A stretch of DNA of 29,321 nt from Verrucomicrobiota bacterium (GTDB lineage: Bacteria > Verrucomicrobiota > Verrucomicrobiia > Verrucomicrobiales > DEV007). Made by a program: the position numbers and the translations under genes. Below, in pieces: positions 1-7,613 of this stretch. A model generated the notes under the pieces. It did not search any database, was not told where the DNA came from, and was given only the letters and a program-made list of their open reading frames with translations. Each line of letters begins with the position of its first letter. The first letter of the stretch is position 1. The stretch is taken from the NCBI GenBank assembly GCA_045046875.1, contig JASFYY010000124.1:1-29321 (forward strand), written 5' to 3'.

Positions 1-53
1 ATCAGTGGTTGCCGTTTTTTTCAAACCACTGATGACACGGGATGGCCACTAAT
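1..53. repeat. AACCACTGAT triple-heptamer repeat: end of a reverse copy (1-10, cut by the window edge) back-to-back with a forward copy (24-53)
   Basis: ATCAGTGGTT (1-10) is the reverse complement of AACCACTGAT (24-33). 24-53 reads AAC-CACTGAT-GA-CACGGGAT-GGC-CACTAAT, the same layout as the copies at 3248-3340 and 22971-22999. Confidence 0.7.
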
Positions 54-100
54 GTTTAGATGAGTGGTTGCGGGTAATTTGTGCCATACCAGAGATGCGC

Positions 101-125
101 GAACAGATTTGAAAATCTATCCTAC
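101..125 (-). repeat. GTAG-type REP-like palindrome
   Basis: The minus strand reads GTAG-GATAGAT-TTTCAA-ATCTGTT-C: a GTAG tetranucleotide followed by an imperfect hairpin, 22 nt downstream of the peptidase stop. Only one copy is in the window. Confidence 0.45.
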
Positions 126-147
126 GGTGGAATAGGGAGAGGTTGAT

Positions 148-3100
148 TTAATCCCTCGAGCCCGGGGTGATTTTTAGTTTCAGGCGTTTGCCGTCTCTTA
201 AAATTTCGATGTTCACTTCTTCGCCGATTTTGACGTCGCCGATGACGTAGGTGTAGTCGTAGATGTTTTTGATCTCTTTGTCGCCGAGTTTGACGATGAC
301 GTCGCCGCTCTTGATGCCTGCCTTGGCGGCGGGGCCTTTTTGGGCGACGCCGGAGAGTTTCACTCCGACGATGTCCCCCTGGGCGTAGTCCGGCACGGTG
401 CCGAGGTAGGCGCGCAGTCCGCCACGGCTGCCTTTGTTTTTGGGTGGATCTACTTTGATGTAATCCGGGGATTCGGCACGGGTGATCAATCCACGGGCGA
501 TCAGGGCCATCAGGTGGCTGATTTTTTGAGTTCCTTCAAAATTGATTTTGTCTACTGTGTCACGTGGGGAATGGTAGTCTTCGTGAGCTCCGGTGAATGC
601 ACTGAGGATGGGCACGCCGCGTAGGTAGAAGGAGGTCGCGTCGGTGGCGAGGTAGGTGTCCTTCTGGGTGACGATGGGTAGCCCTACGGGTACGTTGCGG
701 CGTTCGATTTCGCCGCTCCACACGGAACTGGAACCGACGCCTTGCAGCACCAGGTTCTTTTTCAAGCGGCCGACCATGTCGAGGTTGAGACAGGCGGCGA
801 GTTGTAGATTCAGCTCCGGAGCTTTGGCATGCGGGTGGGCTTTTTTGGCCTCAGTGGCCTGGTTGACAAAATAACTCGAACCGATCAAACCCAGTTCTTC
901 CCCGGACCAGGCGGCAAAGATGATGTCGCGTTTCATTTTCAACTTACCGGCCTTTTTCTGCGCCACCAGGTATTGGGCGATTTCCAACATCGCTGCCGTC
1001 CCCGAGGCGTTGTCGTCGGCACCGTAATGGATGGCATTCTTTTCATTATCACGGGCGAGAGAGCCCTGGCTTTCGCCGTGACCGAGGTGGTCAATATGGG
1101 CACCAAGAATGATGGCAGGCCTTTTTTGCGCATCGGCATCATCACTGATCAATCGCGCCAACACGTTGCGACCGGTGCGTTTTTCCTGTTTGATATCGAT
1201 GTGGGTCTGCAGGGTCACATCGGGGATTTGGAATCCGGCGGCCATTTCTCCTTTGTCGAGTTCGTCCTGCAATTGTTTGAGTGATTTGCCCGTGCCTTTT
1301 AACAGAGCCGCAGCGACCTCGCGGGTGACTGATATGGCGGCGAGGCCGGAGTCGGCCATCGATGCGTCGAAGGTGAGCCGGGTCAGTTCGCTGTTTGATT
1401 TGGAGTTGGGGCCGGTGACAAAGATGATGCCACGCGCCCCTTTTTGGCGGGCGGTGAGCGCTTTGAATCGCAGCGCGGAACCACGCGCAAAGCGGTGCCG
1501 TTGTTCCTTGTCGACGTCCTCTGGGGAATAACGAAAAACCATCACCCATTTGTCGGTCACATCGAGATGGTAATAAGAGGTGTAGGCGTCGAATTTGTTG
1601 CCATCGCTGTCGGTAATTTCTTTCAACTCCATGCCGTAACCAGCAAAAGCGATGCCCGATTCCTCAATCGCTCCGGTTTTGGAAAATGACAGTGGCCGCC
1701 AGTCTTTATCGGCAGTGACTTTTTTAACGTCCTTGTTTTTGCGTGTTTGGATGGTCAACTCATTGTCCGGGCCGAGATCAACTCCGGCGGTGAAATCAAA
1801 AGGCTGGAAAAAAGAATGGTCGCTGCCGGCAGGTGCGAGTTCCAGGTGTTTGAAAATATCAGCGACGTAGGCAGTGGCGAGTTGGGCGCCCTTGGTGCCG
1901 GTCAGACGACCTTCGAGTTCTTCGGATGCGAGGTAGCTGATGTGTTGAAGTAAATCGTCCTCGGTGATGTTTTCGGCAGTTTGACTCAAGTCAGGTTTTT
2001 TACCAGAGCTTACCAAGCCCGGACTGGCGGATTTTTCATCCGAGAGCCCCAGTAGGGTTCGGGCACCTTGATGGTTCCATTGGGCACGGAAGATTTGCGA
2101 TTTTTTTCCGGAGGCGCGGTTGCTGGTCCACGACAGGGTTTTGCCATCGGGGGAAAAGACCGGCAAGCCGTCAAAACCATCGGTGAAGGTGACACGCACG
2201 GGGTCTTTTTTGCCTGCTGCATCGACCAGGTAAAGTTCGAAGTTGGCAAAACCTTGCAGGTTGGTGGCGAAGATCAGGTAGTCGCCGCTGGGGTGGAAGT
2301 AGGGAGCCCATGACATGGCTTTGAGCCGGGTGATTTGTTTTTCGCCGCTGCCGTCACTGTTCATGGTGAAGATCTCGGCGGTGTCACCCTCTCGGGAAAA
2401 ACGTCGCCAGCAGATTTTGCTGCCATCGGCGTTGAAGAAGGGGCCTCCATCGTAACCGGGGCTTTTGGTGAGACGTTTCACGTTCTGGCCGTCGGCATCC
2501 ATCAAGTAGAGATCCATCATGAACGAAGGGTTTTTCTCAAACCAAGCCTGGTCTTCAGCATTCAGTTTTTCGGTGTATCCGGAGCGATTGGAGGCGAAGA
2601 GGATCTGTTTGCCGTCAGGGGAATAACAGCCCTCGGCGTCGTAACCTTTGCTATTGCTGAGGTTGCGGTATTTTTTGTTGGTGAAATCGTATTCCTGGAT
2701 CTCGTAAGTTTCGTCGTAGTCCCAGGAGTAACGTTTTTGTTTGCCGCTTTTGCGCAGATCAATTTCAGCTTGTTGTTTTTTGCGGGCTTCGGGATCATCC
2801 TGGGTGGATGCGTAGATGGCCTTTTTGCCATCGGGGTGCAGCCAGGCGCAGGTGGTTTTGCCGTGACCTGGGGAGACCTGTTGGGTGTCACCGGTTTCGA
2901 GATCCAGGGTGTAGATTTGAAAAAAGGGGTTGTCGGCCACTCGTTCACTCTGGAAGATCATGTTCTTGCCGTCAGCGCCAAAATAACCTTCTCCGGCACG
3001 TTTGCCCTCGAAGGTGAGCTGCCGGGTTTTACTTAGCAGAATGGCTTCTGATTTTTCTGGATCAGCTTTATCTTTATCCTGGGCATTGATCAGCAAAGGA

Positions 3101-3165
3101 CTGATGGCCAGAGTGAAAGTGGCGGCAAAAAAGAGCGGGCGGAATCGTGTTGGCACAGATAGCAT
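148..3165 (-). CDS. Secreted M28-family metallopeptidase with N-terminal TolB-like PD40 propeller, PA domain and C-terminal PDZ domain
   Basis: PD40-like repeats (YSPDGKQILF, FNADGSKI, FSPDGKTLSW); M28 Zn motifs GAHIDH, GADDNASG, GEELG, NLDM, DYH; PDZ segment (YLGTVP...GPAAKAGIKSGDVIV). Start placed at ATG 3165 (MLSVPTRFRPLFFAATFTLAISPLLINA, signal-like); the track's longer start runs into a repeat. Confidence 0.9.
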   Translation of the reverse strand: MLSVPTRFRPLFFAATFTLAISPLLINAQDKDKADPEKSEAILLSKTRQLTFEGKRAGEGYFGADGKNMIFQSERVADNPFFQIYTLDLETGDTQQVSPGHGKTTCAWLHPDGKKAIYASTQDDPEARKKQQAEIDLRKSGKQKRYSWDYDETYEIQEYDFTNKKYRNLSNSKGYDAEGCYSPDGKQILFASNRSGYTEKLNAEDQAWFEKNPSFMMDLYLMDADGQNVKRLTKSPGYDGGPFFNADGSKICWRRFSREGDTAEIFTMNSDGSGEKQITRLKAMSWAPYFHPSGDYLIFATNLQGFANFELYLVDAAGKKDPVRVTFTDGFDGLPVFSPDGKTLSWTSNRASGKKSQIFRAQWNHQGARTLLGLSDEKSASPGLVSSGKKPDLSQTAENITEDDLLQHISYLASEELEGRLTGTKGAQLATAYVADIFKHLELAPAGSDHSFFQPFDFTAGVDLGPDNELTIQTRKNKDVKKVTADKDWRPLSFSKTGAIEESGIAFAGYGMELKEITDSDGNKFDAYTSYYHLDVTDKWVMVFRYSPEDVDKEQRHRFARGSALRFKALTARQKGARGIIFVTGPNSKSNSELTRLTFDASMADSGLAAISVTREVAAALLKGTGKSLKQLQDELDKGEMAAGFQIPDVTLQTHIDIKQEKRTGRNVLARLISDDADAQKRPAIILGAHIDHLGHGESQGSLARDNEKNAIHYGADDNASGTAAMLEIAQYLVAQKKAGKLKMKRDIIFAAWSGEELGLIGSSYFVNQATEAKKAHPHAKAPELNLQLAACLNLDMVGRLKKNLVLQGVGSSSVWSGEIERRNVPVGLPIVTQKDTYLATDATSFYLRGVPILSAFTGAHEDYHSPRDTVDKINFEGTQKISHLMALIARGLITRAESPDYIKVDPPKNKGSRGGLRAYLGTVPDYAQGDIVGVKLSGVAQKGPAAKAGIKSGDVIVKLGDKEIKNIYDYTYVIGDVKIGEEVNIEILRDGKRLKLKITPGSRD

Positions 3166-3247
3166 GGTTGTTAGGGCGTTCATAAAAGTGAAGGGAAGGG
3201 GAGAAGTTTTTTCACAATACATGACATTTTTTGAAATCGAAGGATTT

Positions 3248-3340
3248 AACCACTGAGGGACACTAAGAAACACTGATTTATGATATTTTTACGACTTACT
3301 TCTTTCTTTTTATCAGTGATAATCGGTGAAATCAGTGGTT
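3248..3340. repeat. Inverted pair of AACCACTGAT triple-heptamer repeats around an AT-rich spacer
   Basis: 3248-3277 is AAC-CACTGAG-GGA-CACTAAG-AAA-CACTGAT. The reverse complement of 3312-3340 is AACCACTGATTTCACCGATTATCACTGAT. Confidence 0.8.
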
Positions 3341-3371
3341 ATGATTCTTTTTTGTTGTCGGGTGTGAGTTT

Positions 3372-4703
3372 TTATACAGCATCCGAAACGGAGGAGAAGT
3401 GAAAATCGTTGACCAGCAGCGGGGGGATGTGCATCGGCATCGAGCCTTCGCTGCCAAGCACACGTTCGGGACGACCGGAGGCGACGAGGTTTTTTAATAC
3501 GTTGGTGGGGCTTTGATTGAAACGGAAGTTGTTGACTGGGCGGGTGATTTCACCGTTTTCGATCAGGAAGGTGCCGTCGCGGGTGAGGCCGGTGTAAAGC
3601 AGGGTCTGCGGTTGAACCATGCGCAGGTACCAGAGGCGAGTGATGAGGATGCCGCGGTCCACTTGTGAGATCAATTTTTCCAACGGCTGGTTTTCACCGG
3701 GCATGATCAGGTTATTGGCATGCGGCACGGCTTGGATTTTTTGTTTTTTTGCCCAGAAACGCCCGCAATGCAGATTTTGGAGAGTGCCGTCTTTGATCCA
3801 GTCGGTGGGTTGACAAGCTAGGCCGCTACCAGAATAGATGGACGCGGGAGCTTGTTGATAAGTCGGGTCGGAAAACAAGCTGGCTTTGCTGCCGAAGAGT
3901 TGTTGCCCTTGTGGATCACCCTTGGCGAGGTGATTGAGGAAACTGCGTTTTTCATCACTGCTGCGTCGATTGAGCGACCACAGCAGCAGGCTGATGAGAT
4001 TGCGCGCAGCACTGGCTTCGAGCACGACCGGATAACGGGCGGCGGACAAAGCACTGGGTTTGCGTGAATCCAGCGCTTTTTGCACCGCACGATCAGCGGT
4101 GTTTTTGAGCGAGAGATTCTGGCTATCGGTTACTTGCAGACTGGCCCAACCGGAACCATTGCCTTGATGGGTTCGTGCGGTGATGGAAAAATCGATCACC
4201 GTGGAAGGTTCATAGACAAACAGCCCGGCACTGGTGGCCATGGCGCTAGCAGAAGTTTTGCGGGTCAGAAAACCTGCGCCATCCACTTTGGCGGCGCGGG
4301 TGCTGTCGATGGCGACTTGCAACCAGGCGGCAAGTTCGTCCGGCCCACTGGCTGCGGTGGTGGCGGAAAAGCTGTTGGGTTTCTGGTATTCTTGTGCGGC
4401 CAAGGGAGGCATGAACTCAGGGTTCTCGGGTGAGATACGGGCCATTTGTTCGGAACGCAAAACGGCCTCTCGTAGCGAATGCTCGTCGGTTTGGTTCCAA
4501 GTGACACTGGCAGAGCGGGTTCCGAAATTTGAACTGATTGACAAGCTAAGCAAATTTTGCGAAGCATTGCTGGTGATGTCGTTGTTGGCAAAACGCAAGT
4601 TGGCGTTGTCAGCAGCAGAGACGTGAACCACGGCAGAATCTGCGGTGGACAAATTGAGGATCTTCTCCGTCAGGGATCGGATTTGGGCTTCGCTGGGGAT
4701 CAT
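3372..4703 (-). CDS. tldE: TldE/PmbA-family protein (non-catalytic partner of TldD)
   Basis: RFANN near the N-terminus and TGLTRDGTFLIENGEI..PVNNFRFNQSP near the C-terminus; no HExxxH. Start at ATG 4703 (MIPSEAQ), 2 nt after the tldD stop. Confidence 0.85.
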   Translation of the reverse strand: MIPSEAQIRSLTEKILNLSTADSAVVHVSAADNANLRFANNDITSNASQNLLSLSISSNFGTRSASVTWNQTDEHSLREAVLRSEQMARISPENPEFMPPLAAQEYQKPNSFSATTAASGPDELAAWLQVAIDSTRAAKVDGAGFLTRKTSASAMATSAGLFVYEPSTVIDFSITARTHQGNGSGWASLQVTDSQNLSLKNTADRAVQKALDSRKPSALSAARYPVVLEASAARNLISLLLWSLNRRSSDEKRSFLNHLAKGDPQGQQLFGSKASLFSDPTYQQAPASIYSGSGLACQPTDWIKDGTLQNLHCGRFWAKKQKIQAVPHANNLIMPGENQPLEKLISQVDRGILITRLWYLRMVQPQTLLYTGLTRDGTFLIENGEITRPVNNFRFNQSPTNVLKNLVASGRPERVLGSEGSMPMHIPPLLVNDFHFSSVSDAV

Positions 4704-4705
4704 GT

Positions 4706-6292
4706 TTAAGCTCCGGCTTCTTGTTGAGTGTTTAAGACTTGGATCTGGCGGAAGCGCGCTGGCACCGCACCGTGAGAAACCGGGGCGGACTGGGTGGGGC
4801 GTCCTTTGCCACAATTAAACGCGCCGCCGAGTTCGTAGGTGGAGGGGCCGGCCAGGCCATCGCAGGCGTTCCAGAATTCCACTGAGTTGCCTTGGTAAGC
4901 GACGTCTTTATACATGCCGTCGAGCTTGCCGTTTTTGATTTTGTGAAAAGTCTGGCCGGTGAACTGGAAGTTGTAGCGTTGCTGGTCAATGCTCCAGCTT
5001 CCAGAGCCAACGATGTAGATACCGTCCTCGACATCGGAGATCAAGGTGTCTGCAGTGATGCTGTCATCGGCGCCGGGTTGCAGTGATATGTTGGGCATGC
5101 GTTGCAGTGGAAAAGATGAAAAACTATCGGCGTAAGCGCAGCCATTGGAATGCTCCCGCCCAATCAAGGACGCTTGCCCGAGTGCCATTTGGTAATTGGT
5201 GAAACGTCCTTTGTCGATGATGTTAAATTCCTGACCGGCGGTTTTCACTCCGTCGTCGTCATAGGCCACAGTGGACAGCCCGTTGGCCTGGGTTCGGTCG
5301 GCACGCACGGTCACCAGTTCACTGGCGTATTGCAGTTTATCCAATAGCTCGGGTTTGACAAAAGAAGTGCCGGCAAAGTTGGCTTCGTAGCCCAGGGCGC
5401 GATCCAGTTCGGTGGGATGACCGATGGATTCGTGAATGGTCAACCACAGGTTGGTCGGATGAATCACCAGATCTTTGAGTCCGGCGGTGACCCCGGGAGC
5501 GGCGAGTTTTTCTTTTGCTTCTTCTACCGCTTGAACCACCTCGCTGTCAAAATCGTATTCTTTGAAGTATTCGTAACCGGATCCACGCGGGGCGGCGAGA
5601 CTGTCGCGACTGGCAAACCCGCCCTTTTTTTCATCCAGCAGTGTGACGGAAAAATAGGGGCGCAACCGCACGCGGGATTGCTCGATACGGCTTCCGGCTG
5701 AGTTGGCGAGCCATTTTTCCTCGCGCACCTGCACCAGACCGGAGCGACAGAACTTAGCTCCTGCAGCCAGCGCGCGGTTATTGATATGCAGCAAGCGGTC
5801 GGCTTTTTCCTCCAAAGTGACCGAAAAAGGATCGATCTGCATCGGCATCTGCCACTGATCCCGCCAGGCGTTCAGGCTTTCGAGATTGACCGCATGCAGA
5901 CGTTTGCCCTGTTGCTGCTTGGCGATGGCGATGGCGGTTTGAGTGAGTTTTCCCACTTCGTTTTTCGAAATATCATGACTGGCGGCAAAACCCCAGGCGC
6001 CATCAACCAGCACCCGGACGCAGCAACCGCTGTCAGTTGAGAAATTCACCCCTTGCACGGCTTTTTCCCGGGTATGAATGCTCTCCGAGGTGTTGCGTCC
6101 CATGCGAAATTCAGCAAAGCTGGCCCCGAGTTTTTTGGCCTGACTCAGAACTTGTCCGGAAAGGGGGGCAAAAAGCTGGGACAGATCCACTGATTGGGTG
6201 TCATCGCCCTGGGCATGAACGAGGTTATGGGAAATCTGGCTGGCCATGATGCCACTTGCTGTAGCCTGGTGTAAAAAAGTGCGTCGTTTCAT
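4706..6292 (-). CDS. tldD: TldD-family metalloprotease with twin-arginine signal
   Basis: HESIGH metal-binding motif, GSWSIDQQRYNFQF and C-terminal NCGKGRP..APVSHG. N-terminus MKRRTFL...VHA is Tat-like. Confidence 0.92.
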   Translation of the reverse strand: MKRRTFLHQATASGIMASQISHNLVHAQGDDTQSVDLSQLFAPLSGQVLSQAKKLGASFAEFRMGRNTSESIHTREKAVQGVNFSTDSGCCVRVLVDGAWGFAASHDISKNEVGKLTQTAIAIAKQQQGKRLHAVNLESLNAWRDQWQMPMQIDPFSVTLEEKADRLLHINNRALAAGAKFCRSGLVQVREEKWLANSAGSRIEQSRVRLRPYFSVTLLDEKKGGFASRDSLAAPRGSGYEYFKEYDFDSEVVQAVEEAKEKLAAPGVTAGLKDLVIHPTNLWLTIHESIGHPTELDRALGYEANFAGTSFVKPELLDKLQYASELVTVRADRTQANGLSTVAYDDDGVKTAGQEFNIIDKGRFTNYQMALGQASLIGREHSNGCAYADSFSSFPLQRMPNISLQPGADDSITADTLISDVEDGIYIVGSGSWSIDQQRYNFQFTGQTFHKIKNGKLDGMYKDVAYQGNSVEFWNACDGLAGPSTYELGGAFNCGKGRPTQSAPVSHGAVPARFRQIQVLNTQQEAGA

Positions 6293-7071
6293 TCCCTTAA
6301 TTCCTTCGGTAAAGCGTTTTTGCCTTGGGCTTTCTGTTTTTTTCTTTTTTGCATTTCTTCGAATTCCCGGTCTCGGCGCGATTTGGTATTGGCGTGTTTC
6401 TGCGCTAACACCGCGATGTAGGCGGTCACGTCGGCGGCTTCTTCGGGGGAGAGATACTGGGTCATCTCGTGCATCTTGTGGCCTTTTTCATCCGCCGGGT
6501 TTCCACCACGAATGCCTTTGCGGAATTTGTGCAGTTGCGCCCGGATATACCAATCCTGAAGACCGATCAGCGGTGCACTGCCAAAGACGATTTCGCCTTT
6601 GCCGTTGAAACGATGGCATTTGGCGCAGACGCCCATGAATACTTCTTTACCTTTTTGCGAATCACCACCCAACACATTTTGTGTCGGGTGCATCGGCATG
6701 GCGGCGATCAGTTTGGCCACGCCTTCGGCCTGGTCCATATTGATCGCGTTGATAATGTTGTGCATGATCTGTCCGGCAGGGTCTTCCGGGCTGATGCCAC
6801 GCAGGTCAGTGCGGAATTTTTTGATTTGAGTCTGCACATACCAAGCGGGCAGTCCCGCAATGGATGGCGCTTTGAGCGCTTCGGAGCCTTCACCTTTTTT
6901 GCCATGGCAGTTGGAACATACTTTGGCAAAAAGCTCTTCAGCTGAAATGTCAGCGGGCAGATCTGCTTTTAACGGTAATTTAACAGGGGACGAAACGGCC
7001 TTTTTATCCTCGCCAGACAGCAGCAGGGTGAAGGAGGAAATGAGCAGAAAAAACAAGCAGGTAAATTTCAT
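6289..7071 (-). CDS. Periplasmic diheme c-type cytochrome (c4/c553-like)
   Basis: Two CxxCH motifs (CSNCH, CAKCH), each followed by AP.(I/L).GL..WY...Q..KFR and a Met (QIMH, HKMH). Hydrophobic signal from ATG 7071 (MKFTCLFFLLISS). Its stop overlaps the tldD start (ATGA at 6289-6292). Confidence 0.88.
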   Translation of the reverse strand: MKFTCLFFLLISSFTLLLSGEDKKAVSSPVKLPLKADLPADISAEELFAKVCSNCHGKKGEGSEALKAPSIAGLPAWYVQTQIKKFRTDLRGISPEDPAGQIMHNIINAINMDQAEGVAKLIAAMPMHPTQNVLGGDSQKGKEVFMGVCAKCHRFNGKGEIVFGSAPLIGLQDWYIRAQLHKFRKGIRGGNPADEKGHKMHEMTQYLSPEEAADVTAYIAVLAQKHANTKSRRDREFEEMQKRKKQKAQGKNALPKELRE

Positions 7072-7080
7072 CTTGCTATT

Positions 7081-7099
7081 GTTGTATATCAGATACATC
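7081..7099. promoter_or_regulatory. NsrR operator
   Basis: GTTGTAT-ATCAG-ATACATC matches GATGYAT-N5-ATRCATC with one mismatch; the minus strand reads AAGATGTATCTGATATACAAC. It lies between the divergent cytochrome c and nsrR starts. Confidence 0.8.
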
Positions 7100-7106
7100 T
7101 TTCAAG

Positions 7107-7112
7107 TATAAT
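7107..7112 (+). promoter_or_regulatory. Candidate sigma70 -10 hexamer for nsrR
   Basis: Perfect TATAAT, 9 nt upstream of ATG 7122. No well-spaced -35 (TTGTAT at 7082-7087 gives a 19-nt spacer). Confidence 0.4.
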
Positions 7113-7121
7113 TATTCAGCT

Positions 7122-7571
7122 ATGCAGTTGAGCAAATTTACAGACTATTCCCTGCGCGTGCTTATTTACACCGCGGCGAGGCATCCTGACAAGGTTTCAA
7201 TCACCGAATTGGCCGAGGTTTACCATATTTCCCGCAATCATCTGGTCAAAGTGGTGAATCAACTGGCTCATTTGGGCTATTTGCAGACGATGCGGGGCCG
7301 GGGAGGCGGGGTGCTATTGGGCCAACCCGCCACCGATATCATCATCGGAGACGTGATCGAGGCAGTTGAGCCGGGTTTTGATATGGCTGAATGTTTCAGT
7401 CTTGGCACCAATCATTGCCGTTTGACTCCGGTTTGTCGGTTGAAAGGCATTATGAATGATGCCAAAACGGCTTTTTTACGCGAATTGAGCCGTCATACGC
7501 TGGCGGATGTGGTTGGCCAGCCTCAGGCGATCATCGATGCGCTGCAACTTGAGCCAGCCCGTCCTAAATAA
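7122..7571 (+). CDS. nsrR: Rrf2-family NO-sensing repressor NsrR
   Basis: FTDYSLRVLIY...ISRNHLVKVV...RGRGGG winged HTH; three Fe-S cysteines (ECF..NHC..PVCRL); adjacent NsrR-type box. Confidence 0.85.
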   Translation: MQLSKFTDYSLRVLIYTAARHPDKVSITELAEVYHISRNHLVKVVNQLAHLGYLQTMRGRGGGVLLGQPATDIIIGDVIEAVEPGFDMAECFSLGTNHCRLTPVCRLKGIMNDAKTAFLRELSRHTLADVVGQPQAIIDALQLEPARPK

Positions 7572-7613
7572 TTTTTTGAAAAATCCTGTTGATAACCCAC
7601 CAAATAAAGAAAA

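Noticed and set aside
3166..3273. N-terminal extension of the peptidase in the ORF track
   Set aside because: It starts inside the triple-heptamer repeat; the signal peptide fits a start at 3165.
3248..3340. CRISPR array or Xer/dif site interpretation of the repeats
   Set aside because: The copies are inverted or dispersed rather than regularly spaced direct repeats; there are no cas genes and no dif consensus.
4704..4814. N-terminal extension of TldE
   Set aside because: It overlaps the conserved tldD C-terminus; ATG 4703 gives a 2-nt gap instead.
7072..7098. Longer cytochrome c start (MYLIYNNSK)
   Set aside because: That ATG is part of the NsrR operator; the signal peptide begins at 7071.
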